The notes beneath the pieces were generated by a model that made no database searches, was not told where the DNA came from, and worked only from the letters and a program-made list of their open reading frames with translations. From positions 226,009 through 290,008 of the forward strand of contig JACKFQ010000001.1 of the NCBI GenBank assembly GCA_020632395.1: a stretch of 64,000 nt of DNA, written 5' to 3'. Position numbers and translations under genes: made by a program. Source of the stretch: Candidatus Nomurabacteria bacterium. Its GTDB lineage: Bacteria; Patescibacteriota; Dojkabacteria; SC72; JAHDCA01. This document shows, piece after piece, positions 59,408 to 64,000 of this stretch (its first letter is position 1; each line of letters begins with the position of its first letter).

Positions 59408-60084
59408 GTAGGTGTCGGTAATAATTTATCTGCCAATTCTATTCTATCTAATAATTTTGAAGGTACGGCATCAGTCACAGCATAGTCACCTATGAAAGTT
59501 CTTCTCAGTGCTGTTGTAGTCGCATAGGACCCTAAAGCCCGTCCTATGTCAGATGCTAGACTTCTGATATATGTTCCACTTGATACTGTCGCTTCAAATG
59601 TGTGTTGTGATCCTTCTCCAGAAATGTGTTCTAATTTATAGATATTGACCTTTATTGGCTCTAAGACCGGCGTTCCTCCTTTTCGTGCTATATCATATGC
59701 TCGTTTACCCTTTACTTTCTTTGCAGAATATATCGGAGGGATTTGGGTTTGCTCACCTCTAAAACTAAGTAAAACACTTTTGATCTCAGTCGGAGTGAAG
59801 TTATGCTGATCAGTATCAATAAAGATCTTTTCCCCAGTAGGATCAAGCGTGTCTGTTTCATACCCAAACTCGACTGTGAAACTATATCCTTTTCTCATTT
59901 TGTGAAACATATCCATCGTTTTCGTTGCCCTACCCAAAAGTATCACAAGAAGCCCTGACGCAAACGGGTCCAAAGTCCCTGCATGTCCTATCTTTAATTT
60001 TTCAACAGAATGATGTTTGATCCTGCGGATAACATCAAAAGAGCTGATTCCCGGCTCTTTATCTATAAGCAAAATTCCATTCAT
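59386..60084 (-). CDS. truB: tRNA pseudouridine55 synthase TruB
   Basis: GILLIDKEPGISSFDV...GHAGTLDPFASGLL. Confidence 0.85.
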   Translation of the reverse strand: MNGILLIDKEPGISSFDVIRRIKHHSVEKLKIGHAGTLDPFASGLLVILLGRATKTMDMFHKMRKGYSFTVEFGYETDTLDPTGEKIFIDTDQHNFTPTEIKSVLLSFRGEQTQIPPIYSAKKVKGKRAYDIARKGGTPVLEPIKVNIYKLEHISGEGSQHTFEATVSSGTYIRSLASDIGRALGSYATTTALRRTFIGDYAVTDAVPSKLLDRIELADKLLPTPTWKENVM

Positions 60085-60129
60085 AAGATTTGGTTTGAGA
60101 TTCGAATATCTTTGCTATAATAACACATC

Positions 60130-60648
60130 ATGACAAAAGGATTATTTTTATCATTTGCAATTCTTGGTGGACTTTCAATCAGCACCATCATTTTAAGTTT
60201 GCTTATCAGGACAAGGTATTCGAAAGACCCTGACACACCAACCGAGTTGATACCAAAGATCATTAAGTTGATGGATCTTCAGCCCTCTGATAAGTTCATA
60301 GATCTAGGGGCTGGGGATTTTAGAATGGTGAACACAGCAGCAAAGTACTGCCAAAGCTACGGAGTCGAATTATCCCCTGTACACCTTGTCACAGCACAGC
60401 TATTACGACTTCTCAATAGACGAAGATCACATATACTTACAGAAAACTTACTAAAGACCGATCTAACAAAGTACAATAAGATCTATCTCAACCTTGATAG
60501 TAAGATCATCCGTGCACTCGCAACCAAATTACCCACAAAAGCAGGAGTTATCATTTACAGCTTGAACGACAAATTAGAAAATATTGAAGCCACAAAGGTA
60601 CACGAACTAAATAATAGTTACACACTATTCGAATATCAATTTAAGTAG
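60130..60648 (+). CDS. small class I SAM-dependent methyltransferase-like protein
   Basis: N-terminal TM; FIDLGAGDFRMV (motif I). Confidence 0.4.
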   Translation: MTKGLFLSFAILGGLSISTIILSLLIRTRYSKDPDTPTELIPKIIKLMDLQPSDKFIDLGAGDFRMVNTAAKYCQSYGVELSPVHLVTAQLLRLLNRRRSHILTENLLKTDLTKYNKIYLNLDSKIIRALATKLPTKAGVIIYSLNDKLENIEATKVHELNNSYTLFEYQFK

Positions 60649-60654
60649 TAGCCG

Positions 60655-60903
60655 ATGGACGAACCATTAGCATCTAAGTATCGCCCACTGACCCTATCTG
60701 ACATGATCGGTCAAGAACACTTGATAGGGGATCAAGGACCAATACGAAAACTTATGGAGAGCAACAAGCTTCCTTCTATGATCTTTTGGGGACCTCCCGG
60801 TACAGGCAAAACAACTCTAGCATACGTGATATCACAAGATCTAAGGTACGACTTTTACAAACTGCAAGCGGTATCGAGTGGAAAGAAAAAGCTCATGGTA
60901 AGG
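60655..60903 (+). pseudogene. rarA: rarA/mgsA (recombination-associated AAA+ ATPase) N-terminal fragment, interrupted by IS3-family element
   Basis: YRPLTLSDMIGQEHL...GPPGTGKTTLA Walker A; ORF terminates 2 codons into the IS. Confidence 0.8.
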
Positions 60904-60967
60904 TGAACCCCATTCTTTGGACACGATTTGCCCAAAGTTAAGGTGGATTAACCTCCTTTCCCTTGAT

Positions 60968-61795
60968 TTAATAATTAAAGTATACATCAGCAGGAGTTCT
61001 CTTCTCAAGTGAGCTATGTCTCCTCTGATGGTTGTAGAACAAAAAGTACTTCTCTAGTCGATCTCGAGCTTCGTTTCCGTCAGCATAATCATACAGGTAC
61101 ACTTCCTCATATTTCACAGTTCTCCACAACCTCTCGATGAAGATATTGTCAAATGCCCGACCCCTCCCATCCATGCTGATCTTTACACTGTAAATTTTCA
61201 GAAGATCCGTGTACTCCTGACTGGTATACTGGCTTCCCTGATCTGTATTCGAAATCTGTGGCCGGCCTTGGTTTAAAGCCTCCTGTAGAACACTGACACA
61301 ACCTGACTTATGCATTGTATTTGTCAATTTCCAGCTGATTACATATCTTGAATACCAATCCATTTCGGCTATCAGATACAAGAATCCATGTCGCATTCTG
61401 ATGTACGTAATGTCACTGCACCAGACCTGATTTGGTTTCGTTATCTCAAGATCTTTGAGCAAGTACGGATATTTCTGGTCAACCTCATTGAATTTGCTGA
61501 GATTCTTTTTGGGCACTACTGCCGATATGCCCAACAGATTCATCAGTCGTAGAACCTTCTTGTGATTCACATCGTCTCCTGTGGTATTAAGTTCGTCCGT
61601 AATTGGTCTATACCCGTAAAAGGGTCTTTTTGTGTAGATCTCATCGATTCGATTAAGTAGGTATTGGTCATATTCACTGACTTCTACTGGTTTGTAGTAG
61701 TAAGTACTTTTGTTCAACTGTAAAAGAGCTATTTGATCCTTTTTCGTCAGTACACTATTTTTTTCTACAAGTCGTCGTTTCTCCTCATTCGTCAA
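60968..61795 (-). CDS. IS3-family transposase OrfB (DDE integrase core, rve domain)
   Basis: WCSDITYI...D...HSDQGSQYTS...E catalytic DDE spacing typical of IS3. Confidence 0.85.
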   Translation of the reverse strand: MTNEEKRRLVEKNSVLTKKDQIALLQLNKSTYYYKPVEVSEYDQYLLNRIDEIYTKRPFYGYRPITDELNTTGDDVNHKKVLRLMNLLGISAVVPKKNLSKFNEVDQKYPYLLKDLEITKPNQVWCSDITYIRMRHGFLYLIAEMDWYSRYVISWKLTNTMHKSGCVSVLQEALNQGRPQISNTDQGSQYTSQEYTDLLKIYSVKISMDGRGRAFDNIFIERLWRTVKYEEVYLYDYADGNEARDRLEKYFLFYNHQRRHSSLEKRTPADVYFNY

Positions 61796-62078
61796 TTCCC
61801 ATCTTTTTTTTTAGCCAGTCCAAACTATACTCCAGTTTGCCTATCTTTCTATACAGGTCTTCAATGAGCCTCTCTTTTTCCTTCAGTTCTAAGCTCAGGT
61901 CTTTTTTGTCAAATCCGGCTTTCAGAATCTCCTCTGCCTGGGTTTTCCATTTTGCGATTTGATTTGGGTGTATCCCAAACTTTGACCCTAGTTCAGCCAT
62001 TGTTTCATTTTCTGCCATTGCTGTCTTTGCAACCGTGGCCTTAAATGCCGCTGAGTGTTTTCTTCTTATTTTTCCCAT
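61785..62078 (-). CDS. IS3-family transposase OrfA (HTH); -1 frameshift site A9G at the orfA/orfB overlap
   Basis: HTH N-terminus plus leucine-zipper-like C-terminus; T9 run at 61804-61812 on + strand. Confidence 0.8.
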   Translation of the reverse strand: MGKIRRKHSAAFKATVAKTAMAENETMAELGSKFGIHPNQIAKWKTQAEEILKAGFDKKDLSLELKEKERLIEDLYRKIGKLEYSLDWLKKKMGIDE

Positions 62079-62126
62079 ACCTCATTTTACACCTTAACCT
62101 CGTGTCCAGTTTTTGGGGTTCACCTC

Positions 62127-63095
62127 ATGGAAATAACCAAGATCGCATACCAAAACTATCAATTCAACAAAAGGACCATCGTGTTCTTAGACGAGATCCA
62201 TCGATGGAACAAAGCCCAACAAGACACACTACTTCCGTATGTAGAGAAGGGGATCATCACACTTATCGGAGCAACGACAGAAAACCCCTCGTTCACTATC
62301 AACAATGCACTTCTATCTCGGACCAGGGTATTCACTTTTAAAGCATTGGATGCAAGATCTATAGCACAGAAACTCGAACAGGTATTGAAACTAGAGTATT
62401 CGGATATCACATATAAGAAAACAACTCTCCTCAAACTTTCCAAACTAGCCGGGGGAGACATGAGAAGTGCCTACAATATAGTTGAGATCGCAATATCAAT
62501 TCTTCTATCAGAGATCTCCGATAAGAAAAAGAAGAAGGTCTTGAAGCTCGAACATATCTTATCAGCAAGTCAGAGACCTTTAATGTATGATCGCAACGGT
62601 GAAGAGCATTTTAACCTGATATCAGCAGTGCACAAATCTCTTCGATCCTCAGATGCAGATGCCGGAGCATACTGGGTTGCTAGAATGTTAGCCGGAGGCG
62701 AAGACCCTTTGTATATTGCTAGACGCTTAGTTCGCTTCGCTTCTGAGGATATAGGAAATGCAGATCCTAACGCACTGATACTTGCTAATGCAGTTTTTGA
62801 TACTTGCCAGAGGATAGGGATGCCCGAATGTGAAGTGGCACTGATCCAATTATCACAATATCTAGCTGATGCGCCGAAAAATAATTCCGCATACACAGCC
62901 TCAAACAACATCAAAGACGATATACGCAAATATGGAGAACTTGACGTCCCTTTACATATCCGCAATGCACCAACAAAACTTATGAAAGAGCTAGGATATA
63001 GTAAAGGGTATATTTACGATCACGACCTGCCTAATAAAAGATCTGGACAACAATGTCTGCCTGATGTTTTGAAAAAAAGGAAGTATTTCAAGTGA
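62127..63095 (+). pseudogene. rarA: rarA/mgsA C-terminal portion (continues the reading frame interrupted by the IS)
   Basis: LMEITKIA...FLDEIHRWNKAQQDTLLPYVEKGIITLIGATTENPSF (Walker B/sensor) and the MgsA C-terminal helical domain. Confidence 0.8.
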
Positions 63096-63096
63096 A

Positions 63097-63633
63097 CTAG
63101 ATCTTATCCTGCTTGAGACCCAGATAGTATCCGATGATCGTAGCCAGAGGATGCATCAGACCATATATCAAAACGATCCAAAGATATACCAACAGACCGA
63201 CATCAGTGAAAAGCAATACCACAATGCAACCACCTATCAAGAAATCGATCTGGTCGAAGGGAACCCAAGAAGAACCAGGTTGCACACCAACCTGACGCTT
63301 GAAAAAACTTTCAATGGAATCACCCAATAAAGCTCCAAATCCAAGAACTGCTCCAAACAAAAAAGCTGACCCAGAATATCCACTATCTATGAGTTGTGGA
63401 AACCCAGCAACATCAAAGAGAAGGTATGATGTCGAGGCACCAGCGACAATTCCAACTAGATAACCCCTAAAAGTTTTATGATCACCGAAGATCCTCTTTC
63501 CTCGAACAGTAAGCCTAAGATCGATCGGAATATCTAGAAAGCGAAAGATTTTTAGTTTCGAGGCAACGATCGGAGAAGAGTTTGAGATAGCAGCCGGAAA
63601 GAAGATTGCGAGAGCTATTAGAAAACTTTCCAT
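63097..63633 (-). CDS. CarS/DUF46-like (CDP-archaeol synthase family) small membrane protein; start taken at MESFLIAL
   Basis: PIDLRLTVRGKRIFGDHKTFRG resembles the CarS cytidylyltransferase loop; 4-5 TM helices. Confidence 0.45.
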   Translation of the reverse strand: MESFLIALAIFFPAAISNSSPIVASKLKIFRFLDIPIDLRLTVRGKRIFGDHKTFRGYLVGIVAGASTSYLLFDVAGFPQLIDSGYSGSAFLFGAVLGFGALLGDSIESFFKRQVGVQPGSSWVPFDQIDFLIGGCIVVLLFTDVGLLVYLWIVLIYGLMHPLATIIGYYLGLKQDKI

Positions 63634-63643
63634 TGGTTTCTGA

Positions 63644-63979
63644 TCATCCGACAATTTTATGTATAAAGCGTTTTGCAGATTCGATCGTGATCTCAGGTAT
63701 AAATAAACCCCTTTGTACAAAATTACCCTTCAGATCCCACAACCATCTTGTATCCACAAAAAATACCTCTGTATCATTGACGATCACATTATCTGTTAAA
63801 CCAAACCAATCTCTAGATTCACCCATCATATAGCGAGGTCTCATATCCGGAACCTTATCTTCCAACATTGCCATGACCAGAACTAACACTGCAACCAGAA
63901 GCAACTTCGCCTGAACGATATCCGGTGCTTCGAGCTCATCGGCATCATGGAATAGCTCACCTCTGACATATTCCTGCAC
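63644..63979 (-). CDS. C-terminal part of a hypothetical protein continuing beyond the window end
   Basis: ORF open to the window edge on the minus strand. Confidence 0.3.
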   Translation of the reverse strand: MQEYVRGELFHDADELEAPDIVQAKLLLVAVLVLVMAMLEDKVPDMRPRYMMGESRDWFGLTDNVIVNDTEVFFVDTRWLWDLKGNFVQRGLFIPEITIESAKRFIHKIVG

Positions 63980-64000
63980 AATGTAGTAGGTGTCATTCCC

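Larger units (their letters stand above)
60902..62124 (-). mobile_element. IS3-family insertion sequence (orfA + orfB with A-run frameshift site) with ~24-bp imperfect terminal inverted repeats
   Basis: IR-L GGTGAACCCCATTCTTTGGACACG vs IR-R reverse complement GGTGAACCCCAAAAACTGGACACG (TG...CA ends); flanking CATGG on both sides. Confidence 0.85.

Noticed and set aside
62045-62461. ORFs 62045-62341 (+) and 62159-62461 (-)
   Set aside because: Both overlap the IS3 right end and the rarA C-terminal frame, in wrong frames or antisense, with no supporting features.

Overview
This window looks like an AT-rich bacterial chromosomal segment. Gene content and some unusual architectures (membrane-anchored MurF, ClpC with an N-terminal zinc ribbon, a giant type IV pilin-like protein, a CarS-like lipid enzyme) are reminiscent of Patescibacteria/CPR-type genomes, but that placement is inference only. 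The window has three parts. (1) ~1.8-13 kb is an accessory island bounded by IS200/IS605 elements and a tRNA-His with a truncated large serine recombinase. It carries an AAA+/DUF4143 ATPase, a GmrSD-type (DUF262/DUF1524) type IV restriction enzyme, a Fic protein, a SWIM zinc-finger protein, an S41-like peptidase and HAD hydrolases. (2) ~13-33 kb is a housekeeping stretch: pilin-like protein, def, CapA-like protein, a huge acidic surface protein, oligopeptide-type SBP, secG, pyk, tRNA-Cys, tRNA-Leu, HAD hydrolase, PT-repeat zinc-ribbon protein, cmk-like kinase, ftsW, murG, clpC. (3) ~33.5-58 kb is a fragmented, re-ordered division/cell-wall (dcw) region: murF, murE, murC, murB, murA, mraY, mraZ, rsmH, ftsL, ftsI, interleaved with non-canonical genes. 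The most novel-looking feature is a LysW-like zinc-ribbon mini-protein (amino-group carrier protein family) divergent from a four-gene overlapping operon: fold-type II PLP enzyme, ATP-grasp ligase, cytoplasmic NlpC/P60 papain-like amidase, MraY-family paralog. Next to it lie a FemAB-like transferase, a DegT-like aminotransferase, an alpha/beta hydrolase and a Bpt/ATE_C-like transferase wedged between murE and murC. Together these suggest an undescribed carrier-protein- or ligase/amidase-based tailoring route for cell-envelope precursors. Other points of interest are a ~10.5-copy 14-bp tandem repeat in the murB-murA divergent promoter and an IS3-family element with intact inverted repeats interrupting rarA. 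The 3' end carries trmB, a GH18 hydrolase, tatD, rsmI, truB and a CarS-like gene. All functional calls rest on motif recognition by eye from the translated ORFs; no database searches were run.
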